Shown here: one piece after another, positions 11,534 to 21,548 of the stretch
How positions within the stretch are numbered: position 1 is the stretch's first letter
How the letters are laid out: every line of letters starts with the position of its first letter
Origin: Gammaproteobacteria bacterium
Lineage (GTDB): Bacteria > Pseudomonadota > Gammaproteobacteria > PS1 > Pseudothioglobaceae
NCBI GenBank assembly: GCA_030611725.1
Contig: JAUWPG010000001.1
Location: 12,323 to 76,322 of the forward strand
Reading direction: 5' to 3'
Length of the DNA: 64,000 bases
Program-made: the position numbers and the translations under genes
Notes under the pieces: generated by a model
What the model saw: only the letters and a program-made list of their open reading frames with translations
Told to the model about the DNA's origin: nothing
Database searches by the model: none

Positions 11534-11926
11534 TTATACAATAGACTGGTTAATAATTTTAATCAGACTTTGTTCAACTGTCTCGATCAGTGATGACAAG
11601 TCATCGGCATCTGACAGCTGAGTAATATGTTTAGAGGGTAGCGCCAATCCAACCATGGTAGCGCCATCCTCTGTAAATACCGAAATTCGGCATGGTAACA
11701 CTGTTGCCAAATTCATATCCTTCTCAAGGATATCTTTTGCAACCTTTGGGTTGCAAACTTCAAACACATGACATTCTTCTGCCAGTGTTTGGCCTTTATC
11801 AGCCAGTGTTTGTTTAATATCATAAGAATGCAAAATTCCAAACTGATTGTTTGGAACGGCTTCTTTTAATCTTTTAATAACTTCATCAACACTCAGTTGT
11901 GAATTTCGAATATATAAATTTGACAT
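11534..11926 (-). CDS. DUF302 domain protein
   Basis: 130 aa. Resembles the DUF302 pattern (FEVCNP..A...L, LPCRISV). Inserted between gap and pgk. Confidence 0.55.
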   Translation of the reverse strand: MSNLYIRNSQLSVDEVIKRLKEAVPNNQFGILHSYDIKQTLADKGQTLAEECHVFEVCNPKVAKDILEKDMNLATVLPCRISVFTEDGATMVGLALPSKHITQLSDADDLSSLIETVEQSLIKIINQSIV

Positions 11927-11966
11927 AAAAACACGCCCCTTATTACGAGCCGTAATTTTTTATTAA

Positions 11967-12962
11967 TTAAGCAATATGCTCAACTAAACGAAGCATGTTA
12001 CAAGTGTAACCATACTCGTTATCGTACCATGAAACAACTTTTACAAACGTGTCATCAAGTGCAATACCGGCATTGGCATCGAAGATTGAAGATGCACTGA
12101 TACCGCGGAAGTCAGATGAAACCACCATGTCTTCTGTGTATGCTAATGTGCCTTTCATTGAACCCTCTGAAGCTTCTTTAATTGCTGTACAAATTTCTTC
12201 ATAAGTTGCAGGCTTGTCTAACTCACAAGTTAGGTCAACCACTGAAACGTCAACTGAAGGAATACGGAAAGCCATGCCTGTTAATTTGCCGTTAAGCTCA
12301 GGTAAAACCACGCCTACTGCCTTAGCAGCGCCTGTTGATGAAGGGATAATGTTCTCAAATACTGCACGACCACCTCTCCAATCTTTCATTGAAGGACCAT
12401 CAACCGTTTTTTGTGTTGCTGTTGCTGCGTGAACTGTTGTCATTAAACCGCGCTTAAGGCCCCAGTTGTCATTGATGACTTTAGCAATTGGCGCTAAACA
12501 GTTAGTTGTACATGAAGCGGCTGAAACAATTGCTTGGCCAGCGTACTCAGTATGGTTAACACCGTATACAAACATTGGTGTACCGTCTTTAGAGGGTGCT
12601 GATTGAACAACTTTCTTAGCGCCGGCATCAATATGTGCTTGGCAAGACTCTTCAGTTAAGAAGAAACCAGTACAATCGATTGCTACGTCTACATCGATAT
12701 CGCCCCATGCTAAATCAGCAGGGTTGCGCTCAGCCGAAAGACGGATTTTCTTACCATCGATAACAAAGTTGTCACCTTCTACTGCAACTTCACCGTCAAA
12801 ACGACCGTGTGCTGTGTCATACTTAAGCATATATGCTAAGTAATCGTTGTCTAATAAGTCGTTAATACCGACCACTTCTAATTCTGGAAAATCTTTTGCG
12901 ATTGCACGAAATGCCATGCGACCAATGCGACCAAAACCGTTAATACCTACTTTAATTGTCAT
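11967..12962 (-). CDS. gap: Glyceraldehyde-3-phosphate dehydrogenase (type I)
   Basis: [27 protein letters not shown]. Start trimmed to the ATG at 12962, preceded by a GGAG SD; the upstream 12 codons of the tracked ORF are unsupported. Confidence 0.92.
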   Translation of the reverse strand: MTIKVGINGFGRIGRMAFRAIAKDFPELEVVGINDLLDNDYLAYMLKYDTAHGRFDGEVAVEGDNFVIDGKKIRLSAERNPADLAWGDIDVDVAIDCTGFFLTEESCQAHIDAGAKKVVQSAPSKDGTPMFVYGVNHTEYAGQAIVSAASCTTNCLAPIAKVINDNWGLKRGLMTTVHAATATQKTVDGPSMKDWRGGRAVFENIIPSSTGAAKAVGVVLPELNGKLTGMAFRIPSVDVSVVDLTCELDKPATYEEICTAIKEASEGSMKGTLAYTEDMVVSSDFRGISASSIFDANAGIALDDTFVKVVSWYDNEYGYTCNMLRLVEHIA

Positions 12963-12983
12963 CTTTCTACTCCTTTTATTGTT

Positions 12984-12999
12984 TATGTCAATTGACATA
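12984..12999. promoter_or_regulatory. Perfect 16-bp palindrome TATGTCAATTGACATA just upstream of the gap SD (candidate operator or 5'-UTR hairpin)
   Basis: Read directly from the sequence. Lies 22-37 nt upstream of the gap ATG and just downstream of the tkt terminator. Confidence 0.35.
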
Positions 13000-13010
13000 A
13001 ATTCTTAAAA

Positions 13011-13046
13011 AGCCAAGCTAGGTTATGACGACCTATTCTTGGCTGA
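13011..13046 (-). terminator. Rho-independent terminator after tkt
   Basis: Minus strand reads cagccaag..(inner taggt/acct stem)..cttggct followed by ttttt. Confidence 0.55.
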
Positions 13047-13053
13047 ATTTTAT

Positions 13054-15036
13054 TTAGCCTAATACTTTTTTCGCTGTTGCAACTACATTGTCAACAGTAA
13101 AGCCAAATTCTTTAAATAAGTCAACTGCTGGTGCAGACTCACCAAAAGTTGTCATACAAACCAAACCACCATCGATACCAATGTATTTATACCAGCCATC
13201 GCCAACGCCTGCTTCAATGGCAATACGTTTAACGCCTGGTGTTAAAACTGAATCTTTGTATGCTTGATCTTGCTCGTCATAAGCATTCGTACAAGGCATT
13301 GAAACCACACGTACATTAGCGTCCATCGCCTCAGCAGCTTCAACCGCTAAACCAACTTCAGAACCCGTTGAGATGAAAATAATATCTGCATCGCCATCAC
13401 AGTCCTTAAGTACATAACCACCTTTTTCAATGTTAGCCACTTGCTCAGCCGTACGTGGCTGAGGTGTTAGTGCTTGACGTGAGAACACCAAACCTGTTGG
13501 CGCATTACCTCTCAACATTGCCATTTTCCAGGATACTGCTGATTCAACTGCATCACAGCCTCTCCAAGAATGGAAGCCAGGAATCATGCGCATGGTTGAC
13601 ATTTGTTCAACTGGTTGGTGTGTTGGACCATCTTCACCCAAGCCAATAGAGTCGTGTGTATAAACATAAATTGTGCCAATCTTCATCAGTGATGACATAC
13701 GTAATGCATTACGCATAAACTCCATAAACATGAAGAACGTTGCACCATAAACTTTAAAACCACCGTGAAGAACCATGCCGTTCATCATATGTGCCATACC
13801 AAACTCACGTACACCCCAAGAGATATAGTTACCGTTAGCATTATCAGCATTAACCTTAACCGTGCCTGACCAGTTAGTTAGATTAGAGCCAGTTAAGTCA
13901 GCAGAACCACCAAACATCTCTGGTAATAATGGGCCCATCGCTTCAATCGCACGTTGAGACGCTTGACGTGATGCAATGTTTGGCATTTCGTCTTGGGTCT
14001 TAGCAATAAACTTATCCATTTCAACTTCAAAGTTAGCTGGCAATGTGCCTGACATACGACGCTCAAATTCTGCAGCATCTGCCGGGAATTCAGCCTTATA
14101 GGCTGCAAATGTATCATTCCAAGCTGCTTCATCAGTCGCGCCTTGTTCTTTATGATCCCAACCAGCATAAATATCTGCAGGAATCTCAAATGGTGCTGCG
14201 TCCCAGCCTAATGCTGCGCGCGTACCTGCAATTTCTTCATCACCCAATGGGGCGCCGTGACAGTCGTGCGTACCTGACAATGTCGGTGCACCAAAGCCAA
14301 TAACTGTCTTACAACAAATTAAACTTGGCTTATCAGTAACAGCCTTAGCTTCTGTGATCGCCTTGCTGATTGCATCTGCATCGTGACCATCAACTGCAAC
14401 TACGTGCCAATCGTATGAGTTAAAACGCCCTGGAACGCCACGCTCCATCCAATCACCAATGTGGCCATCGATAGAAATATCGTTGTCATCCCAAAATGCG
14501 ATTAATTTACCCAAACCTAATGTACCAGCCATTGCACATGATTCATGTGATAAGCCTTCCATTAAACAACCATCACCCATAAATACATACGTGTTGTGAT
14601 CAACAATATCATGACCTGGCTTGTTGAATTGTGCGCCTAATGTGCGCTCAGCAATCGCCATACCAACAGCATTAGTGATGCCTTGGCCTAGTGGGCCAGT
14701 TGTAGTTTCAATACCTTCTGCATAGCCATACTCAGGGTGTCCTGCAGTCTTTGAATGTAATTGACGGAAACCTTTAATATCATCCATACTTAATTCAAAG
14801 CCCGTTAAATGTAGTAACGAGTACATAAGCATTGAGCCGTGGCCATTTGACAATACAAAACGATCACGATCAGCCCACTTAGAACTAGTTGGGTTGTACT
14901 TCATGTGGTCATTCCAAAGCACTTCAGCAATATCCGCCATACCCATTGGTGCGCCCGGGTGGCCTGAATTTGCTTTTTGGACTGCGTCCATGCTTAAAGC
15001 ACGAATCGCATTTGCAAGATCTCTGCGTGATGGCAT
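13054..15036 (-). CDS. tkt: Transketolase
   Basis: [45 protein letters not shown]. Start trimmed to the ATG at 15036, preceded by a GAGGA SD. Confidence 0.95.
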   Translation of the reverse strand: MPSRRDLANAIRALSMDAVQKANSGHPGAPMGMADIAEVLWNDHMKYNPTSSKWADRDRFVLSNGHGSMLMYSLLHLTGFELSMDDIKGFRQLHSKTAGHPEYGYAEGIETTTGPLGQGITNAVGMAIAERTLGAQFNKPGHDIVDHNTYVFMGDGCLMEGLSHESCAMAGTLGLGKLIAFWDDNDISIDGHIGDWMERGVPGRFNSYDWHVVAVDGHDADAISKAITEAKAVTDKPSLICCKTVIGFGAPTLSGTHDCHGAPLGDEEIAGTRAALGWDAAPFEIPADIYAGWDHKEQGATDEAAWNDTFAAYKAEFPADAAEFERRMSGTLPANFEVEMDKFIAKTQDEMPNIASRQASQRAIEAMGPLLPEMFGGSADLTGSNLTNWSGTVKVNADNANGNYISWGVREFGMAHMMNGMVLHGGFKVYGATFFMFMEFMRNALRMSSLMKIGTIYVYTHDSIGLGEDGPTHQPVEQMSTMRMIPGFHSWRGCDAVESAVSWKMAMLRGNAPTGLVFSRQALTPQPRTAEQVANIEKGGYVLKDCDGDADIIFISTGSEVGLAVEAAEAMDANVRVVSMPCTNAYDEQDQAYKDSVLTPGVKRIAIEAGVGDGWYKYIGIDGGLVCMTTFGESAPAVDLFKEFGFTVDNVVATAKKVLG

Positions 15037-15064
15037 AATATTTTCCTCGAACAAAAGCTGACAA

Positions 15065-15093
15065 ATTATACGCAAAAATTACGCTTCAATCAA
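15065..15093 (-). promoter_or_regulatory. Putative sigma70 promoter of tkt
   Basis: Minus strand has TTGATT, a 17-nt spacer, then TATAAT, about 29 nt upstream of the tkt ATG. Confidence 0.5.
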
Positions 15094-15216
15094 GGCGCTT
15101 AATTTCAATAGTGTAGGGTTGAGGGCTATCAGTGTCCACAGACTATAATAACTGTATTTTAAGATTGGTAGAGTCTATTTCTCCTTAGGCTTTCATTTAA
15201 ATCTCCTTAGATTATG

Positions 15217-15621
15217 CTACTTAGCTGTGATTAATAATTGTGGTGCTACTTTCCATAACTCATCTTCTAGAAAAAGCGTGTCTTGAAAAAATATAGTGGC
15301 ACCTGTTTTACGATAGTACGATTTGTAATTTACAACCGCTTTATCAGCATTGTTAGAATGACTGATGATTTCAATCAACCCACGCCCTTCTTTGTCAGCG
15401 CTATCTTGGTAGTTTTTAACGATCCTTGTTAGACCGCCTTTGTTTTTAATATAGTCAACCGCTGTTGCAGAAGTATGTTTCTCAACTAAATCATAATTTG
15501 CATTATACAAACCGGTATGCCACATAGCGACCACGTCTGCAGGCTTTGATTTTGGCAGAAGCATAACCAATAAAGCAATAAACGCACCAATAACACCTAT
15601 TATTAAGATTGATTTTTTCAT
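15217..15621 (-). CDS. Hypothetical membrane-anchored or periplasmic protein
   Basis: 134 aa. N-terminal hydrophobic anchor MKKSILIIGVIGAFIALLVML. GAGGAG SD upstream. Confidence 0.55.
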   Translation of the reverse strand: MKKSILIIGVIGAFIALLVMLLPKSKPADVVAMWHTGLYNANYDLVEKHTSATAVDYIKNKGGLTRIVKNYQDSADKEGRGLIEIISHSNNADKAVVNYKSYYRKTGATIFFQDTLFLEDELWKVAPQLLITAK

Positions 15622-15672
15622 TGCTTACTCCTCTAATAAAAAATGAATTACCACTATTACTTAAAAGCACTT

Positions 15673-15696
15673 AAAAGGGGGTGGCCCCCTTTTATA
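15673..15696 (-). terminator. Rho-independent terminator after the DoxX gene
   Basis: aaaaggggg-tgg-ccccctttt hairpin with flanking T/A runs. Confidence 0.6.
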
Positions 15697-15819
15697 AGCT
15701 ATTTACACCAAATTAATTTCTTGCCACCACTGTACCCATAAGCCAACTTATTATCAAGGAGTTCTTACTCTAAACTAACACCATCAACAATCACTCTAAA
15801 GTGCTTGTCTTTCTGTAGA

Positions 15820-16197
15820 TCAGTCAGCTTTTAGTGCAAACTTCCCGCTGCCTAATAAAGCAATAACCACAGCTGCCGATAGATACAAAATTTGCACTTC
15901 GATAGCCCAAGCACCCCCTTCGGTTAATGTAAATATTTGTTCAGAATGCATCAAACCTATTGCAAATAACATATTAACAGCCATTATCCATCCGCCAACT
16001 CGAGCGTATAATCCAACAATTACCATTAATGGTGCGAGTACTTCACCAATATATACACCATTTGCGATAATCCCTGGTAATCCAATTCCAACCAAGGTTC
16101 CAGTAATAAACTCAATACCGTCAAACTTAGCTATGCCGTGTAATAGCATAGTAAATCCAACGGTTAATCTTAGTAATAATTTTGCTTGGTCATCCAT
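15820..16197 (-). CDS. DoxX-family membrane protein
   Basis: LLLRLTVGFTMLLHGIAKF and 4 TM segments. Start trimmed to the ATG at 16197 with an AAGGAG SD; the longer tracked ORF would overlap the upstream gene. Confidence 0.7.
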   Translation of the reverse strand: MDDQAKLLLRLTVGFTMLLHGIAKFDGIEFITGTLVGIGLPGIIANGVYIGEVLAPLMVIVGLYARVGGWIMAVNMLFAIGLMHSEQIFTLTEGGAWAIEVQILYLSAAVVIALLGSGKFALKAD

Positions 16198-16285
16198 ATA
16201 CTTCTCCTTATTTTTTAACATAAGCTTAAAGTCAGCATCATTAGATACAACAACCCCTTCTGTGGGCGATAATCTTACTTGCTCA

Positions 16286-16522
16286 TTATTCTTTCCTCCA
16301 TCTGTTCTTGCCATCTTCAATCAACTTAGCCCTTGCATTCTTGTAATTCTGAGTAAGTCGTACAGATACGTCATCTGTTGGTGCATAAGCAGCGTTCTTC
16401 TTAGCTAAATCTTCCTTACTCGCACCAATATCTGGAACATCCATTGGTGGTAGGTTGTTTGAGTGAACTCTACATCCGTACTCGTTTTCTTTTAAGTTTG
16501 TATTAATTGGTTTCTCGAACAT
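16286..16522 (-). CDS. Hypothetical 78-aa soluble protein
   Basis: The ATG at 16522 is preceded by an AAGGAGAAA SD. No family recognised. The longer tracked ORF (to 16663) lacks an SD. Confidence 0.45.
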   Translation of the reverse strand: MFEKPINTNLKENEYGCRVHSNNLPPMDVPDIGASKEDLAKKNAAYAPTDDVSVRLTQNYKNARAKLIEDGKNRWRKE

Positions 16523-16667
16523 CTTATTTCTCCTTTTATTAAACGTTATTTTTAATTTTGTAAGTAATTTCCCATCAATGAATAGGGACGGTACCCTTTT
16601 ATAAAGATTGGACATGATAATATTGTAGTCCATTTTAGAAAGTGTGATAAATAAATTGGGCAAAAAA

Positions 16668-16691
16668 AAATACCCCTGAAAAGGGGTATTT
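16668..16691 (-). terminator. Rho-independent terminator after tRNA-Met
   Basis: Minus strand reads aaatacccc-tttt-caggggtattt followed by T9. Confidence 0.65.
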
Positions 16692-16698
16692 GAATGGA

Positions 16699-16775
16699 TG
16701 GTGGTTATAGGTGGACTTGAACCACCGACCCCAGCATTATGAATGCTGTGCTCTAACCAGCTGAGCTACATAACC
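16699..16775 (-). tRNA. tRNA-Met (CAT), elongator type
   Basis: 77-nt cloverleaf read by hand: GGTTATG acceptor stem, anticodon loop TTCATAA, T-loop GGTTCAAGTCC, encoded CCA. Acceptor and D arm resemble E. coli elongator tRNA-Met rather than tRNA-Ile2. Confidence 0.85.
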
Positions 16776-16873
16776 AAAAGAGCGTGTATTATCGAAATAT
16801 TTAAGCAAAATGTCAATAGCTAAACCATAATATTGTTGATACTGGTTGCCGACAGTTGCTAAAATCAGTCACT

Positions 16874-17479
16874 ATGACAACCCTTAAAATAGCACTCACC
16901 GGCGGCATTGCTTGTGGAAAATCAAGCGTGAGCCAGGTTTTCAAAAGAAATGGTGTGCCTATTATTGAGCTTGATAGAATTGCACGTAAGATAGTCGAAC
17001 CCAACACGCAAGGCTTGACTGAGCTGGTGGCACACTTTGGTCAAGGTGTTTTAAACGCTGATCAAACCTTGAATCGAAAAGCGCTACGTCAACAATTATT
17101 TAAGGGGAAAGATAACCAACAAAAGATTGAAGCAATTTTGCATCCAAAAATATTGGAAAAAATGCAAATAGAGATCCAAAAACTCAATACACACCTGGTG
17201 GTGGTCGAAGTGCCCTTGCTGGCAGAACAAAACCTATCACATTTATTTGATCGTGCGATTGTGGTGGATTGTGGCGAAGAAAATCAACTCAAAAGACTGA
17301 TAACACGTGAAAATATTGATGAAGAATTAGCCAAAACAATGATTTCAGCTCAAGCTAGCCGAGAACAGCGCCTAGAATTGGGCGAAAAATTACCCATAGA
17401 TGTGATTGAAAATAATTCAGATATTTTGTCTTTAGAGCAAAAAACACAAGATTTAGCTCAAAAACTACTTGATTTGTAA
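16874..17479 (+). CDS. coaE: Dephospho-CoA kinase
   Basis: IALTGGIACGKSS P-loop near the N-terminus. Start set to the ATG at 16874 (the tracked ORF begins at an upstream TTG). Confidence 0.85.
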   Translation: MTTLKIALTGGIACGKSSVSQVFKRNGVPIIELDRIARKIVEPNTQGLTELVAHFGQGVLNADQTLNRKALRQQLFKGKDNQQKIEAILHPKILEKMQIEIQKLNTHLVVVEVPLLAEQNLSHLFDRAIVVDCGEENQLKRLITRENIDEELAKTMISAQASREQRLELGEKLPIDVIENNSDILSLEQKTQDLAQKLLDL

Positions 17480-17776
17480 GCGCTTAACTGCCTTGCCACC
17501 AATCAAATGCTCGATGATAATTTCATCAATATCATCTTCATCAATATATTGATACCAAATATTATCGGGATATACCACTGCCACTGGCCCGTGCTCACAC
17601 CGGCCCAAACAACGTGATTCGCTGACGCCAATTTTGCCTTCGCCTAATTTACCCTCATCACGACATTTGTCTTTTGCATGACGATACATTTGCTTAGCGC
17701 CCAGTTTTGAACAGCAGGCTTTACCATCTCCTCTCACGTTGTTACAAAAAAATATATGGTGTTTGTAATAACTCAT
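17465..17776 (-). CDS. Thioredoxin-like [2Fe-2S] ferredoxin domain protein
   Basis: 103 aa. Cys ligand pattern FFCNN..C, then CLGRCEHGP. Confidence 0.6.
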   Translation of the reverse strand: MSYYKHHIFFCNNVRGDGKACCSKLGAKQMYRHAKDKCRDEGKLGEGKIGVSESRCLGRCEHGPVAVVYPDNIWYQYIDEDDIDEIIIEHLIGGKAVKRLQIK

Positions 17777-18597
17777 AGCTCGATTACTCTTTGGTAGCAG
17801 TGTTTTTTATCAATACCCGTGATTTTAGCTGCCAATTTGGCGGCTTTTGAGGCACCCATCTCCATCAGTAAAATTGGCAATATTTTATCTAGTTGCGCCT
17901 CACCGACCACTTTATTGTCTTTACCAATACCAGAAATAAGAATCACAAATTCGCCTTTTTGGTGGGCATCGTCGGCTTGTAAATATTCAATTAAATTGGG
18001 CAAGATGTCAGTCTTGATGGTTTCAAAAGATTTGGTAAGCTCTTTGGCTAAACACACCACACGCTCATCGCCTAATACAGATTGTAAGTCTAGTAAGCTG
18101 GCCAAAATACGTTTGGGCGATTCGTAAAAAATAGCAGTTTCATCTAGGTGTGCACTAATCTGAATCATTTTTAGTCTTGCGGTTTGTTTAGAAGGTAAAA
18201 ATCCAAAAAAACTAAAGCTGTCACTGGCAATGCCTGAGGCTGACAGTGCGCTAATGATTGCACTGGGGCCAGGAATCGGCACCACTTTAACGCCTGCTCT
18301 TTTGGCTTCACTCACCAACACATAACCTGGGTCACTAATCAATGGTGTGCCCGCATCGCTAATTAATGCCATGCTCTTGCCCGCTAATAAGTCATTAATC
18401 ACTTCAGTGGATTTCTGAGTTTCATTGTGTTCATGAAATGCACGCATCGGTGTACTAATATCGTAATGGTTCAACAGTTTTTTGCTGTGGCGCGTATCTT
18501 CTGCCAGAATAATATCGACAGTTTTTAGCGTTTCAATCGCCCTAAAGGTGATATCATCTAAATTTCCAATCGGTGTAGCAACAATATATAACGACAT
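17773..18597 (-). CDS. rsmI: 16S rRNA (cytidine1402-2'-O)-methyltransferase
   Basis: 274 aa. LYIVATPIGNLDDITFRA, AEDTRHS, SDAGTPLISDPG. Confidence 0.9.
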   Translation of the reverse strand: MSLYIVATPIGNLDDITFRAIETLKTVDIILAEDTRHSKKLLNHYDISTPMRAFHEHNETQKSTEVINDLLAGKSMALISDAGTPLISDPGYVLVSEAKRAGVKVVPIPGPSAIISALSASGIASDSFSFFGFLPSKQTARLKMIQISAHLDETAIFYESPKRILASLLDLQSVLGDERVVCLAKELTKSFETIKTDILPNLIEYLQADDAHQKGEFVILISGIGKDNKVVGEAQLDKILPILLMEMGASKAAKLAAKITGIDKKHCYQRVIEL

Positions 18598-18602
18598 AAT
18601 TT

Positions 18603-18974
18603 ATGTTTAGCTTTAAACGACAAGTTGGTGATCAGGCTGAAACCATTGCACTTAAATATCTCTGCAAACACGGTCTCGAACCCATTGAAAAAAACTATCT
18701 AGCTAAAACTGGTGAAATAGACATTATTATGCTTGATAAATTTGAACAAACGTTAGTTTTTGTTGAAGTTCGTTATCGACAAAATACACGTTTTGGTTCT
18801 GCCACCGATACGGTTGACTACAACAAACAAGTCAAACTCATTCGCACCGCACAGCATTACTTACAAAAACACATTAAATATCAAGACTTTGTCTGTCGGT
18901 TTGATGTTGTTGGTGTGGAATCTGATTTAAAATATCCTCAAATTAGTTGGATTAAAGACGCTTTTACGCTTTAG
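18603..18974 (+). CDS. yraN: YraN-family (UPF0102) endonuclease-like protein
   Basis: 123 aa. GEIDIIM..VFVEVRYR motif. Conserved divergent synteny with rsmI. Confidence 0.85.
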   Translation: MFSFKRQVGDQAETIALKYLCKHGLEPIEKNYLAKTGEIDIIMLDKFEQTLVFVEVRYRQNTRFGSATDTVDYNKQVKLIRTAQHYLQKHIKYQDFVCRFDVVGVESDLKYPQISWIKDAFTL

Positions 18975-18982
18975 GAGATTAT

Positions 18983-19720
18983 ATGAAAAAATTAGCCTTA
19001 TTTACATTTCTCATTGCTGGCTCTATATTATTAAGCGGATGCTTTCCTGCCATGCAAAATATATCTAGTGTTGGCTCTATTATTTCTGTTAATAATGATC
19101 GTCGTAGTGTAGGCACCATATTGGACGATAAGACCATTTATCTACAATTGGCCACCTGGGCATCTGAAGACGCCAAGCTAGATAGTGCACACCTTAACTT
19201 CTTAATTTATAACAAGAGTGTATTAATAACCGGTGAAGTGCCAAGCAAGAAATTGCATGCTTATGTGGGTCAACAAGCAAAACGCCAATCTCCGAAAATT
19301 AAACAAATATTCAACGAAGTAAGTATTGGGCCGACCAGTAGTTTGTTAAAAAGAGCACAAGATGTAGGCATCACTTTACAGGTTGAGGCAATGTTACAGA
19401 ATCAAGAAGTTTTTCATCCAACACACATCAAATTAATCACAGAGGCGCAGACTGTCTATCTAATGGGCTCTGTGACTAAACGCGAAGCAGATAGGTCGGT
19501 AAAAATAGCATCTGACGCTAAAGGCATTAAACAAATCGTAAGATTGTTTGATTATTTAAAAACCAGGCCAGCAGCTGAAATTAAACGAGACAAGCTTCGG
19601 GCCGAAGCGTCTGTCAAGAGGGCTAAATTAGAGGCGGAAAAGGCCAGTTTAGAAGCAGAAAAAGCCAGAATTCAAGAAAAAATTAACCAGCTAACTGGCA
19701 CCATTGGGACAAGCTTCTAA
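18983..19720 (+). CDS. BON-domain lipoprotein (DolP/YraP-like) with a C-terminal coiled-coil extension
   Basis: 245 aa. Lipobox LLSGC and two BON-like segments. Synteny with yraN as in E. coli yraN..yraP. Tail [31 protein letters not shown]. Confidence 0.7.
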   Translation: MKKLALFTFLIAGSILLSGCFPAMQNISSVGSIISVNNDRRSVGTILDDKTIYLQLATWASEDAKLDSAHLNFLIYNKSVLITGEVPSKKLHAYVGQQAKRQSPKIKQIFNEVSIGPTSSLLKRAQDVGITLQVEAMLQNQEVFHPTHIKLITEAQTVYLMGSVTKREADRSVKIASDAKGIKQIVRLFDYLKTRPAAEIKRDKLRAEASVKRAKLEAEKASLEAEKARIQEKINQLTGTIGTSF

Positions 19721-20280
19721 TTAGAGGCTTGCACTCGTTTAATGGGTGCGAAAGAATAACGATGCTGGCCTTTGATTGCGCCGAACTCTGCCAACGCCTC
19801 AAAGTGTGCTTTTGTTCCATAACCTTTGTGTTTGGCAAAACCATATTCTGGATATAGCTTATCCAACTCAATCATTTGCCTGTCCCGAGTGACCTTAGCA
19901 ATAATCGATGCGGCTGATATTACTGGCTCAGTGAGATCACCTTTCACAATTGCTGTGCAATTCTCAACATTTGGACAACGATTACCATCTACCAAAACTT
20001 GATCATACTTTGTGTTTAATCTTTCAACCGCACGTTGCATCGCAAGCATGGTTGCTTGCAAAATATTAATCTCATCAATCTCAATTGCATCAGACTCACC
20101 CACCGCCCACTGGCACTGATCAGTAATCAGTTGATACAAGGTTTCTCGTTTTTTTTCACTGAGTTTTTTGGAATCTGTTAGTTCAGGCAGACTAAATTCA
20201 GCTGGCAGTATGACTGCACCAGCAACCACCGAGCCTACTAATGGACCACGGCCCGCTTCATCAACGCCAACAATAATCAA
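19717..20280 (-). CDS. rnhB: Ribonuclease HII
   Basis: 187 aa. [21 protein letters not shown]. Confidence 0.9.
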   Translation of the reverse strand: MIIVGVDEAGRGPLVGSVVAGAVILPAEFSLPELTDSKKLSEKKRETLYQLITDQCQWAVGESDAIEIDEINILQATMLAMQRAVERLNTKYDQVLVDGNRCPNVENCTAIVKGDLTEPVISAASIIAKVTRDRQMIELDKLYPEYGFAKHKGYGTKAHFEALAEFGAIKGQHRYSFAPIKRVQASN

Positions 20281-20282
20281 CT

Positions 20283-21548
20283 CTATAACGCCTTAAATCC
20301 GATATCGGTACGATAATATGCGTCTGACCAATCAATTTTTTTAAGTAGTGCATAAGCATTGTTTTTTGCTTCTTGAGTATCGGCACCCAATGCTGTTGCA
20401 CAAAGTACACGCCCACCACTACTCACAACAGTGCCATCGTTCATTTTTGTGCCTGCATGAAAAACTTTGGTATCGTCGCTATCTGCCGGCAAACCTATCG
20501 CTTCACCTGATGGATAGGCATCTGGGTAACCGTTCGCTGCTAACACGACACCCAATGCAGCGCGTTCATCCCATTCAATGCTTGCTTCATCAAGCTTGCC
20601 TTTAATAGAGAGCAAACATAAATCTGCCAAGTTGGATTGCAAACGCATCATAATCGGCTGTGTCTCAGGATCGCCAAATCGACAATTGTACTCAAGCACT
20701 TTAGATTTACCATTCTTATCAATCATCAGCCCTGCGTAAAGAAAACCTGTGTAAGGATTGCCCTCATTCGCCATGCCATCAACCGTTGGTCGAATCACGG
20801 TATCCATCACATCTTGAAAAATTTCATCAGTAACAATGGGTGCTGGAGAATATGCACCCATACCACCCGTATTTGGCCCTTCATCGCCATTATCACGTGC
20901 CTTATGATCTTGCGAAGTGGCCATTGGTAAGATATTTTTGCCGTCAACCATCACAATGAAACTGGCTTCTTCACCAACTAGAAATTCTTCGACCAATACA
21001 CGGGAGCCAGCCTCACCAAAACGATTACCCTCAAGCATATCGTTAATCGCAGCTTCTGCTTCTTGCTGAGTATTGGCAATAATTACACCTTTTCCTGCAG
21101 CCAAGCCATCGGCTTTGATTACAATTGGCGTGCCTTTATCTTGCACGTATTTAACTGCTAGATCAACCTCAGTAAACACGCCATAATAAGCGGTAGGGAT
21201 ATGATTACGGTCAAGAAAATCTTTACAGAAGGCTTTCGAGCCCTCAAGTTGTGCGGCGGCCCGAGTCGGGCCAAAAATTGCCAATCCTTGCGCTTGAAAA
21301 CTATCGACTACACCAATTACCAGGGGCATTTCTGGACCAACAATGGTTAAATCAATCTGATTGTCTTTGGCAAAAACAATGAGCTCATCAATATTCTGTG
21401 CATCCACATCAATATTGGTAAGTTTATCTTCTAATTCAGTGCCAGCATTACCCGGTGCAACAAACACCACTTCGACATTATCAAATTTGGCACATTGCCA
21501 TGCCAAGGCGTGCTCTCGTCCGCCGCTTCCTATTACTAAAATCTTCAT
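20283..21548 (-). CDS. purD: Phosphoribosylamine-glycine ligase
   Basis: 421 aa. [20 protein letters not shown]-grasp blocks. Confidence 0.95.
   Translation of the reverse strand: MKILVIGSGGREHALAWQCAKFDNVEVVFVAPGNAGTELEDKLTNIDVDAQNIDELIVFAKDNQIDLTIVGPEMPLVIGVVDSFQAQGLAIFGPTRAAAQLEGSKAFCKDFLDRNHIPTAYYGVFTEVDLAVKYVQDKGTPIVIKADGLAAGKGVIIANTQQEAEAAINDMLEGNRFGEAGSRVLVEEFLVGEEASFIVMVDGKNILPMATSQDHKARDNGDEGPNTGGMGAYSPAPIVTDEIFQDVMDTVIRPTVDGMANEGNPYTGFLYAGLMIDKNGKSKVLEYNCRFGDPETQPIMMRLQSNLADLCLLSIKGKLDEASIEWDERAALGVVLAANGYPDAYPSGEAIGLPADSDDTKVFHAGTKMNDGTVVSSGGRVLCATALGADTQEAKNNAYALLKKIDWSDAYYRTDIGFKAL

Noticed and set aside
10851-11621. 256-aa plus-strand ORF
   Set aside because: It lies entirely antisense to pgk, which has unmistakable homology. 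Its Ser/Thr/Pro/Ile-rich composition is typical of the reverse frame of an AT-rich gene. It has no SD.
12963-12998. N-terminal extensions in the ORF track for gap, and likewise tkt (15037-15075), coxB (47865-47969), DoxX (16198-16320), lolA (41464-41484), the M23 peptidase (55144-55203), ctaG (45029-45055) and coaE (16856-16873)
   Set aside because: In each case an internal ATG aligns with the conserved protein N-terminus or signal peptide. For gap, tkt, coxB and DoxX that ATG also has a good SD. The extensions add non-conserved residues or overlap neighbouring genes.
16523-16663. Upstream 47 codons of the 125-aa ORF 16286-16663
   Set aside because: They run into the tRNA-Met terminator region. 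The strong AAGGAGAAA SD sits in front of the internal ATG at 16522.
16699-16775. tRNA-Ile2 (lysidine CAT) instead of tRNA-Met
   Set aside because: The acceptor stem GGTTATG and the D arm resemble elongator tRNA-Met (E. coli GGCTACG...). The C4:G69 and C5:G68 pairs I recall as TilS determinants are absent. This is not fully excluded without a classifier.
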